Positions 10,538-18,459 of a stretch of DNA of 63,514 nucleotides are shown here, piece after piece (positions within the stretch are counted from its first letter, which is position 1; each line of letters begins with the position of its first letter). Position numbers and translations under genes: made by a program. The notes beneath the pieces were generated by a model that searched no databases, was not told the origin of the DNA, and was given only the letters and a program-made list of their open reading frames with translations. The stretch comes from Thermoplasmatota archaeon (lineage in GTDB: Archaea > Thermoplasmatota > Penumbrarchaeia > Penumbrarchaeales > Penumbrarchaeaceae), in NCBI GenBank assembly GCA_016928095.1, contig JAFGLL010000043.1, forward strand, positions 1 to 63,514, read 5' to 3'.

Positions 10538-11839
10538 CTACGGAAGCGGACTACCAATTGCCCAGTATTTAACGTTCTTCATGGAAACCGGGTCCACGCT
10601 CCTCCTGCCATCTATCACTGCAGATAGATGGGTTTTTGAGCCCCAGTCGATGGTCCCGTATTCGGGCCATTCCGTAAGGATGAACACAAATTCTGCCCAA
10701 TCCAGGATCTCTTCCAGGTCATCAGAATAAACGATGTCGGGGATTGCGGCCTTGAAGTTGCCGATGGCTTTGGGATCGGTGGCTCTTACTACTGCACCCC
10801 TATCCATGAGTGCCCTGATGACTGGGAGGGACCTTGTCTCCCTTATATCGTCCGTATCCGGTTTGAAAGCAAGTCCCAAGACAGCGACCCTTCTCCCTCC
10901 CAGAGGTCCGAATGTCCTTTCTGCGACCTCGACCAGATGTTGTGGCTGTATCTCGTTGTTCTTCATGACCCCGTTCAGCAAAGGGGTATCCAGGTCCAGT
11001 TGTTTCGCCAGGTTCATCAGTGCGGAGACATCTTTGGGGAAACAAGAGCCTCCGAAACCCGCTCCAGCCTTCAGGAACATGGGGTTGATCCTGAAATCGA
11101 GCCCCACACCTTCCATGATCTCGTAGACATCCAACCCCACCTTCTCGCATATCCGTGATATCTCGTTCGTGAACGATATCTTGGTTGCCAGAAGTGAGTT
11201 GGAGGCATATTTGATCATCTCGGCTGCTGTGGGTGAGGTCCTGAGGATCCTTGAACCCAGAGGGGAGAACAATCTTTCCATGATCTCGTATGTCCTGTCA
11301 TCGATGCAACCCACGACCACCCTATCAGGGTGCATGGAATCATGCATTGCAGCCCCCTCGCGGAGGAATTCCGGGCACATCGCGATACCTAGGTCCGATC
11401 CGCCCTTCTTCCCTGATTGCCTTTCGATGGTTTCCCTGATGATACCAAGGGTAGTACCCGGGACCACGGTGGATTTCATTACAACCACATGGAAGTCTTC
11501 CTTGTCCTTGAGGGCTTCCCCGATCATCTTGGAAGCGGACCTTATATGTGAATCGTCCATGGAGCCATCCTTACGGGAGGGGGTTCCCACGGTGATGAAT
11601 GTCATATCTGTCACCATGATTGCGTTTGCCCCATCCATTGTTGTCTTGATATTCCCGGTCCGGATGTGCTTGGAAAGCAGCTCGTTCACTCCGGGTTCGA
11701 AAAATGGAGCCACTCCGCTCATGATGATATCCAGTTTTTCCTTGATCAAATCAACCAGGATAATTTGGTTGCCCAGCTCGGCAAGTGCGATGCCTGTTGT
11801 GAGTCCAACGTATCCGGTCCCGATTATTGAGATGTTCAT
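10538..11839 (-). CDS. UDP-glucose/GDP-mannose dehydrogenase family protein (AglM-like)
   Basis: IGTGYVG, KSTVVPGT, PEFLREG, GFGGSCFPKD, GLAFKPDTDDIRE. Confidence 0.95.
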   Translation of the reverse strand: MNISIIGTGYVGLTTGIALAELGNQIILVDLIKEKLDIIMSGVAPFFEPGVNELLSKHIRTGNIKTTMDGANAIMVTDMTFITVGTPSRKDGSMDDSHIRSASKMIGEALKDKEDFHVVVMKSTVVPGTTLGIIRETIERQSGKKGGSDLGIAMCPEFLREGAAMHDSMHPDRVVVGCIDDRTYEIMERLFSPLGSRILRTSPTAAEMIKYASNSLLATKISFTNEISRICEKVGLDVYEIMEGVGLDFRINPMFLKAGAGFGGSCFPKDVSALMNLAKQLDLDTPLLNGVMKNNEIQPQHLVEVAERTFGPLGGRRVAVLGLAFKPDTDDIRETRSLPVIRALMDRGAVVRATDPKAIGNFKAAIPDIVYSDDLEEILDWAEFVFILTEWPEYGTIDWGSKTHLSAVIDGRRSVDPVSMKNVKYWAIGSPLP

Positions 11840-11900
11840 TCATGGGCCTCCGACACCCACAAGGATGATATTCTATTTCAATACATACGATTTCGAGTCA

Positions 11901-12758
11901 CTAGTATACTGCTATGGAAGCATAACCCACTGCAGAGGAGGCGGGCGATACATCGTAGCTCGTCGTGTAATGTAAAAGCCTTGCCTCTCCGCCTCCGAGA
12001 GCCTTCGCAGCCTCGAACATTGCCGAAATGGGCCCCAATCCGCATGCCGTTGTCCCAAGCTTCCTCTTTTCCGACAATGCACCTTCGATATCGAACTTCA
12101 GAAGCTTTTCTATGACAGGTATATCCCGTGACCTTGCGAATTCCCCGGGATCCATGGTACCCGGCACGGGATAACCGTAATTCCTACCACAGTGGGTGAA
12201 GTCCGAAGAAGCTACGATCACCGCATCCCTCTCTGTGGTCCTTAACGCTCTGGCAATCCTATCACCCAGCCATCGGGCTGTCTGTGGAGACTGGTCCATC
12301 ATCGAGATGCACACCTGTCCGATCCCCTTATCGAAGAACTGTATGAATGGCAGCTGAACCTCCATCGAGTGCTCGCTGACGTGTGAAAGCTCGTCCGGTG
12401 GGATCCCGATAGCCTCGGCAAGTTCGCGGTCGTTCCTCATTACACCAAGAGGTGTACTGAAATCCTCAAAGGATATCCCGATCGGTTCTCCGAGACCGTG
12501 GTGGTTCGGTCCGATGATGATAACGGAATCTGGAAGGCCTCCGTCCGCCATTGCAAGGAATCCGAAGGCGGCCGTGGGGCCAGAATAAGCGTACCCGGCA
12601 TGCGGGGAGACCAGACCCATGACCCTTTTCCCTTTTTCGGGAGTTGATCTGCCAGGCCCCGTCCTGAAACAGTCCTTGAGTTCTCGGGTGAGTTCTCTTT
12701 CCGAACCAGGGTAGAACATACCAGCCACTGCAGGATGTCTCATGATCGGATATTCCAT
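11901..12758 (-). CDS. MEMO1-family protein (AmmeMemoRadiSam system protein B)
   Basis: RHPAVAGMFYP, PHAGYAYSG, GPNH, EHSMEVQLPF, SSDFTH, VGYAS. Confidence 0.93.
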   Translation of the reverse strand: MEYPIMRHPAVAGMFYPGSERELTRELKDCFRTGPGRSTPEKGKRVMGLVSPHAGYAYSGPTAAFGFLAMADGGLPDSVIIIGPNHHGLGEPIGISFEDFSTPLGVMRNDRELAEAIGIPPDELSHVSEHSMEVQLPFIQFFDKGIGQVCISMMDQSPQTARWLGDRIARALRTTERDAVIVASSDFTHCGRNYGYPVPGTMDPGEFARSRDIPVIEKLLKFDIEGALSEKRKLGTTACGLGPISAMFEAAKALGGGEARLLHYTTSYDVSPASSAVGYASIAVY

Positions 12759-12777
12759 CGGAACTTAATAAGGGTTC

Positions 12778-13392
12778 TCAGAGAGTGGCTTCGAAATCCT
12801 TCAACTCTGGTTTGAAATCGGCATATGAACCGATGGCGCCCTTGGTCTTGAGAACCTCCCGGGTAAGGAGCCAGTAGACAACCGCCAGGGAACGTCTTCC
12901 TTTGTTGTTGGATGGGATCACGAGATCAACGTATTTCGTCTCATTGTTCGCATCGCACAGGCCTATGACAGGGATCCTGGAAGTAACGGCTTCCTTGAGA
13001 GCCTGCTGGTCCGCTGCGGGATCGGTGACGATGAGTATCTTCGGCTCAACGTAGAGATCGAGGGAAGGGTTGGTGAGCGTACCGGGGACGAACCGTCCGG
13101 GGAACGCGTTGCACCCGATGATATCGGAGAACATCCTTACCGGTTTCTGTCCGTACTGCCTTGCAGAGACGATGAGTATCTCTTCGGGATGGTATTTCGA
13201 TATCATGTTCGCCGCTATCTTGATCCTTTCATTGGTCTTTTTTATGTCCAGGACATAGAGTCCGTCAGACCTGACCTTGAAAATGAATTCCTTCATATCG
13301 GCGCTCTTCTGCTGGGTTCCTATATGTACGCCAGAGGTGAGATAGATATCCTCATCTATCAACAGGTCCTGGGCATTCTGGATGTCGATCAT
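12778..13392 (-). CDS. rps2: 30S ribosomal protein uS2
   Basis: GVHIGTQQK, GRFVPGTLTNP, IPSNNKGRRSLA. Confidence 0.97.
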   Translation of the reverse strand: MIDIQNAQDLLIDEDIYLTSGVHIGTQQKSADMKEFIFKVRSDGLYVLDIKKTNERIKIAANMISKYHPEEILIVSARQYGQKPVRMFSDIIGCNAFPGRFVPGTLTNPSLDLYVEPKILIVTDPAADQQALKEAVTSRIPVIGLCDANNETKYVDLVIPSNNKGRRSLAVVYWLLTREVLKTKGAIGSYADFKPELKDFEATL

Positions 13393-13405
13393 TGGAACAA
13401 CTCTC

Positions 13406-13567
13406 CTATACTCTCCTCACGGTAAGGGGGATGACATTCAGGTCCATTTCCCTTTCTGCTATCCTCAGGGGGTCAACCTCATCTGATCTTACAAGCGGAG
13501 GTGCTCCGAGGCTGAGCTGGAGCGTCCTTGCACCGAGGATCCTTGCTTTTTCGAAACGGGTTATCAT
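13406..13567 (-). CDS. rpoK: DNA-directed RNA polymerase subunit K (Rpo6)
   Basis: TRFEKARILGARTLQLSLGAP signature; ATG at 13567 with purine-rich SD. Confidence 0.95.
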   Translation of the reverse strand: MITRFEKARILGARTLQLSLGAPPLVRSDEVDPLRIAEREMDLNVIPLTVRRV

Positions 13568-13574
13568 ATCAACT

Positions 13575-13630
13575 TCCCCTTCACACCGCAACTCTATGGT
13601 TAAGGGCGGTTTCGAAAGGTGTAAAGGGGA
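13575..13630 (-). promoter_or_regulatory. 13-bp inverted repeat overlapping the rpoK ribosome-binding region
   Basis: Minus-strand TCCCCTTTACACC (13630-13618) pairs with GGTGTGAAGGGGA (13587-13575) with one G-U; TATA-like TTTATAAG at 13642-13635. Confidence 0.5.
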
Positions 13631-13644
13631 TTTCCTTATAAACC

Positions 13645-14442
13645 TTATGGGGATATCCGGCCGACATTCAATGATCCCTGCCTGTAACCGGCCGGGTCCA
13701 GGACCAGAAGCAATTCACTGAGGGGGTATTGGATGGTGTTCCACAGGGGCATGATCCTTTTGGGCTCGTCAACCTCGAGTATCCCTATATATCCGCCACC
13801 GGACCTCTCGAAGAGCCTGAGCCTGACATCCCTGAAGCCAAGGCCTCTTACCTGGCTCTCGACATGATCTATCATTCCCATTTTATCCCTGGTGACCCTC
13901 TCTCCGTAAGGTATCCTGGTCATCAAGCATGTATTGGATGGTCTATCATGGATGCTTATTCCTTTCTCCCTGAGTATGGACCTTGCCTCTTCTTTACCGA
14001 TGCCCGTTTCGATGAGAGGATGCCAGATCCCGAGCCTGGAGGAGACCTCCAGTCCCGGGCGATATTCGTTCCTGTCATCTACGTTCATACCGTCGGCCAC
14101 CACCTCGGATCCAACTTCACGGGCGGTCCCGATCAAATTCGACATCATGTATCCCTTGCAGGTCCCGCACCTGTCATCGGGGTTCGATACGATGTCCTCA
14201 TGATCGAGTACAGGTAACTCAAGGACCTTCAATGGAGATCCAAGTGCTGAAGCGGTCCTTCTGGCATGATCGATCTCGCCCTTGGGGAGTGTTCCATTGT
14301 CGACCATCACCAGAGTACATCTCCCATCGAGGGCTTCGATGGCCGCAAGGGCAACAAGTGTGCTGTCCACCCCTCCGGAGAATGCTACCAATATGTTCCT
14401 CCTGGATCGCATGAGATCGATAAGGTCCAGATAGCGTTCCAT
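13645..14442 (-). CDS. larE: LarE-family ATP-dependent sulfur transferase
   Basis: PP-loop AFSGGVDS, RCGTCK, DGMNVDD..EYRPG, SNTCLMTRIPYG. Confidence 0.85.
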   Translation of the reverse strand: MERYLDLIDLMRSRRNILVAFSGGVDSTLVALAAIEALDGRCTLVMVDNGTLPKGEIDHARRTASALGSPLKVLELPVLDHEDIVSNPDDRCGTCKGYMMSNLIGTAREVGSEVVADGMNVDDRNEYRPGLEVSSRLGIWHPLIETGIGKEEARSILREKGISIHDRPSNTCLMTRIPYGERVTRDKMGMIDHVESQVRGLGFRDVRLRLFERSGGGYIGILEVDEPKRIMPLWNTIQYPLSELLLVLDPAGYRQGSLNVGRISP

Positions 14443-14553
14443 GGGGGTTCAAGCTTTGGCGGGGTATATCTTATTTCGCCCTTGTGGGTTCAGACCTGAA
14501 GATATGATACCTTAGGGGACAATTTATATAAGGGTAGCTTTTTCGACGGGCCC

Positions 14554-15162
14554 ATGCCCGAAGGTACCGTTATCTTCACCCTGTGCGATAAATGTGGAGA
14601 GGAGACACCGCATCGTATACTCAAGGGCAGGATCGGAGCAACCCCGGAAAGCGGCTTTGATGGGACCGTTCAATGTATCTCATGCAAGTCCATACATCAT
14701 GCGAATTTCCCTGTGGAGAGACCTGTGAAGGTCAACTCGGTTATCTCGAACAAAGAGGTCTCCGAGAAGAAGTTGATAGAGTTCGGGCCTATTGAGGAGG
14801 TAATGGTGGGGGAGGAGCTCTTCTGGGAGTCACATAACCTTCTCGTAACGGCAATAGAGCAAAAAGGGAGAAGGGTCAGGAAGGCCAAGGCAAGTGATAT
14901 CGATTGTCTCTGGTTGAAGTACTTCGATAGCGTTCTTGTGAAGGTTGCGGTGGTCCGGGGATCGAATACGAGATCTGAGAGAGTGGAAGCAACACCCGAT
15001 GAGGAGTTCGCTGTGGGTGATATTCTGGAGTTCGGAAGGGAGAAGGTCGTGATCGATAAGATCAAGACAGAGTACCGCATGGTCCATAGAGATGGTGTCC
15101 CTGTCGAAGCCAGAGATATAAAAAGGGTCTATGCAAAGATCATCAACGAGAGACGTTACTGA
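14554..15162 (+). CDS. HVO_0476-family archaeal zinc-finger protein
   Basis: CDKC...H.ILK...CISC...H motif; TATA TTTATATAA about 25 nt upstream (probably leaderless). Confidence 0.8.
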   Translation: MPEGTVIFTLCDKCGEETPHRILKGRIGATPESGFDGTVQCISCKSIHHANFPVERPVKVNSVISNKEVSEKKLIEFGPIEEVMVGEELFWESHNLLVTAIEQKGRRVRKAKASDIDCLWLKYFDSVLVKVAVVRGSNTRSERVEATPDEEFAVGDILEFGREKVVIDKIKTEYRMVHRDGVPVEARDIKRVYAKIINERRY

Positions 15163-15177
15163 TCAGAACCTCTTCCG

Positions 15178-18100
15178 TTACGGTGGCAAGGCCGGTCTTT
15201 CCGGAGGAAGAGCAGGTCCTGACGTTTGCCAACCGTAATATGCCGGGGGCAATGGCATCACTGCCTGTTGTGTTCTGTTCGATTCCCTGACCGTTAGCGC
15301 TCCAAAGATCATCAAACCCAAGAGACCGAGGATGATCAATATCAAAGGAAGGATGGGGAACGAAGACTCTTTGATCGTGGATCCAGGATAGTCCTTTTTA
15401 TCGGTCGGGTCTGTCCCGGCAAGATATTCCTCAAGATTGGTGAAGGTGTCATCGTCAAGGTCCTTGTGTCCGTCCTTCTCGTTCGGGTCGAATCCGAATT
15501 CCATCTCGTAGGAATCGTTCATCCCATCATTGTCGGAATCCATGAAGGCCGGGTCCATCAGGACATGTGATAATACGACGATGGAGAACGATCTCTTGGT
15601 GGTATGAACGTCGTCATCGACTGTAATTGTGATGATATGCTGACCCGCGGACAGGATGGTTGACATCGTCGATCTGTAACCAAGAGGCCCATCAACGTTG
15701 GACATCCATGAGACCGATACATCTTCATTGCCGTCTCTGTCCTCCACCTTGACGGAGAATGTTATGTTCGAATTGTCAAGGTATATACCGGTGGGATCGG
15801 GAGACAGTATGGTCACCTCGGGAGTGACATCCAGGCGTATTCTGAAGACCGCTGTCGTGTTCTTTCCTGTCAGGTCCCAGACATCCACCACAAGAAGGTT
15901 CTCGTCCCCTTCCTGCCATGTGTCCTTGCGGATTGTGAAGGTATATTCCTCATAGCCGAGAGTGTTGTTATAAGGGTCTCCCTCAAGAGGTATGTCCGCC
16001 GAGAAACCCCCGCCTCCAAGAGAATACCTGTACGAGATCCTGGACGGGTCCACTCCTCTTCCTTTGAAATCGTGGATCGATATCCGTATAGGTTCGTTCG
16101 CGGTCTTCAACCATTCCACAGTGGTCCCGCTTTCATCGACCTGTGGTTCTATCATACTGATCGATGGAGGCCTCTGATCGACCCAGATAGGTATATTCTG
16201 GGACGTTACCGGTCCAGACTGGGCAATGTCCTCTCCCTTGAACTGGAGCATGTTCTCCTTACCCTCGGTCAATTTTGGAGTGATCTCCAGTTCCAGTTCT
16301 TTCCGGGTCCTGCCGTAGAATTGAAAGCTCTCCCACTCTGAAAAAGTGAAACCCCCATTAGTGGAAACACGGTAGACCAGCGTCTGCCCCTCGATGGGTG
16401 ATAACGAGTCCGTTATGTTCACTGTGACGATCGGTCTGGCACTATGGGCCCATTCCTCCAGGGCAGGGGACACCACCCTGAACAATGGTCCGGTCCGGTC
16501 TATTATCAGTGTGGTATAGATAGCGGGACCTATGTTCCCCACAATGTCCACCGCTCTGATGGAGATATTGAACCTACCCTGTGGAAGGTATTCCCTGTAA
16601 TTCTCTCCTATATGTGTGTTCAGATCCGCCTTGGACGGGTCCGTTACCTTGACGACCTTTTCAAGAGAGAATTCCTCGCTGGTGACACTTATAAGGTAGC
16701 TTCCCGGGCCAGACTCACCGTCCGTGATGGTCTCCCATTTCAGGTATATGTTGTCATCGTTGTCGTAATGAATGTCATTATCGGCGTCATAAGGTTCCTC
16801 TCCACCATCAAGCTGGTCCTGAAAGACCTTGAACGTGGCCTTGTTCAGTCCCCCTGGAGGGGTTGCATCGACCCTGAAGGTGAATATGAAATTATCTGGT
16901 TCGTTGACCATGTTATCCAGGGGTACTCCGTAAACCCTGAACTCCAGCGTCATGACAGATGTGACATCCAACGCTGTCCAGCTTGCAGATAGCTGCCCAT
17001 TCTGAGGGATGTGCACGATCACATTGGTTCCGTGATTGTCCGAAATGTTCAATTGAACGAGCGACGGAGGCGGTTGGACCGTTGATCTTTCATAGAAGAT
17101 CCGGAAACCGCTGAACTGGACCACCTCTCCACCTGCGACATAGCTTCCATCCTGGATGAACCCACCGTCCCCGGATGTCTTCCTTGCTATCAGTGATGCG
17201 GTGTCCCATTCAAGGTCGTCCTCCACATAGTAGACATCGCCCAGATCGAAATGGCTCGGAATTGCGGATTTTCCGGTCGCCCTGACAGTGACGTTCCGCC
17301 TCTCCTCGGAAGGGTAAGGTATCTTGAAATCAACATAAAAGTAGATACTGATGGTATTTGAATTCCTTACCTCGGTCTTTGACATATCCGTAAGGAGGTT
17401 GGCATGTTCCAATCCGGTAAGCTGGTAGAAGGTCCTGTTCTGGTGGAAGTAGACCAATTTGATCCCTTCCTGTCCCCAGAGGGATCCGAGCGTCATGGTT
17501 GCGCTCATTATATCATCCCTGGTCTTGGAATGTGAAACATCTGTCCTGAAGATATACGGTTTGGAACCAGCATAGATCTTGTCCTGTCTACTGCCGTCAC
17601 CATTGGTGAGCTCGATCCTATCAACGGACATGTCCTCTTTGGTGAAAGCGATCGCGAAGGGCAGGTTGAACTTCGGGTTCGATGAATATTCATACCTGCT
17701 CACATAGGCGGTACCTGTCGTCGAGTCAGGGCTCTCTATGCCGATGATCGTATATGACCCCGGGACATACCATTGTGAAGCGCTCTTGTACTGAAAGAGG
17801 ATCATACCGGTCTCGAAGAGGATCGCCTGATACTGCGCCCCACCCTGTGTGTTCCAGTCAACTATGAAGGCATTCTCGGAATCGATGGTGGTCTGAAGAG
17901 AGTACAATCTTCCGGTTCCGGAATACGCGGTGTCGGTCCTCCAGTTGACCGCTATCAATCCCTTCGGAGAGCTGGTGGAGGGTAGTGAATATCCCCAGGG
18001 GTCGTTGTAGGAGTTGCCGTTGGTCTCGACGAAGGACATGGCACCGTAAATACTTATTCGGATCTTGTTGAAGGTCTGGCCATAATATTCGAAATCGAAG

Positions 18101-18339
18101 CCAAGGTTCGCCTCGACATAATAATAGTAGTTATCGACGTTGTAGTTTACAACGTTGGGGTGGCTCTTGATATCAAGATAGTCGACCTCGATCTTCGGTT
18201 CGGGGTCCATGGCATCGGTGTATCTGTAACCGCCACCATCCGGGGTGGACTGCTTCGATACCGCGATATGGGTCATGTTGGGTAATGTCAGAAGAAGGAA
18301 CATGACGGCAATGACCATTGCCGGAATACGGGCTCTCAT
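15178..18339 (-). CDS. Large type I membrane surface protein (Ig-like domains, Asp-rich Ca-binding module, C-terminal TM, Pro-rich tail)
   Basis: Signal peptide after GGAGG SD; D.TPP/D.TGP Ig-like domain boundaries; DSDNDG..D..E...TNLEEY..GTDP; TM ILPLILIILGLLGLMIFGAL. Confidence 0.85.
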   Translation of the reverse strand: MRARIPAMVIAVMFLLLTLPNMTHIAVSKQSTPDGGGYRYTDAMDPEPKIEVDYLDIKSHPNVVNYNVDNYYYYVEANLGFDFEYYGQTFNKIRISIYGAMSFVETNGNSYNDPWGYSLPSTSSPKGLIAVNWRTDTAYSGTGRLYSLQTTIDSENAFIVDWNTQGGAQYQAILFETGMILFQYKSASQWYVPGSYTIIGIESPDSTTGTAYVSRYEYSSNPKFNLPFAIAFTKEDMSVDRIELTNGDGSRQDKIYAGSKPYIFRTDVSHSKTRDDIMSATMTLGSLWGQEGIKLVYFHQNRTFYQLTGLEHANLLTDMSKTEVRNSNTISIYFYVDFKIPYPSEERRNVTVRATGKSAIPSHFDLGDVYYVEDDLEWDTASLIARKTSGDGGFIQDGSYVAGGEVVQFSGFRIFYERSTVQPPPSLVQLNISDNHGTNVIVHIPQNGQLSASWTALDVTSVMTLEFRVYGVPLDNMVNEPDNFIFTFRVDATPPGGLNKATFKVFQDQLDGGEEPYDADNDIHYDNDDNIYLKWETITDGESGPGSYLISVTSEEFSLEKVVKVTDPSKADLNTHIGENYREYLPQGRFNISIRAVDIVGNIGPAIYTTLIIDRTGPLFRVVSPALEEWAHSARPIVTVNITDSLSPIEGQTLVYRVSTNGGFTFSEWESFQFYGRTRKELELEITPKLTEGKENMLQFKGEDIAQSGPVTSQNIPIWVDQRPPSISMIEPQVDESGTTVEWLKTANEPIRISIHDFKGRGVDPSRISYRYSLGGGGFSADIPLEGDPYNNTLGYEEYTFTIRKDTWQEGDENLLVVDVWDLTGKNTTAVFRIRLDVTPEVTILSPDPTGIYLDNSNITFSVKVEDRDGNEDVSVSWMSNVDGPLGYRSTMSTILSAGQHIITITVDDDVHTTKRSFSIVVLSHVLMDPAFMDSDNDGMNDSYEMEFGFDPNEKDGHKDLDDDTFTNLEEYLAGTDPTDKKDYPGSTIKESSFPILPLILIILGLLGLMIFGALTVRESNRTQQAVMPLPPAYYGWQTSGPALPPERPALPP

Positions 18340-18459
18340 ATGGTATCCTCCGATCGGTATAGGGGTATCAACCTTATCATGGACCATGAAGTTCCAATAT
18401 GAATAATCTTGCGGTATGTTCGGCTTCTTTTTTCCTGTTACAGAGGTAATGGTCGTGTG

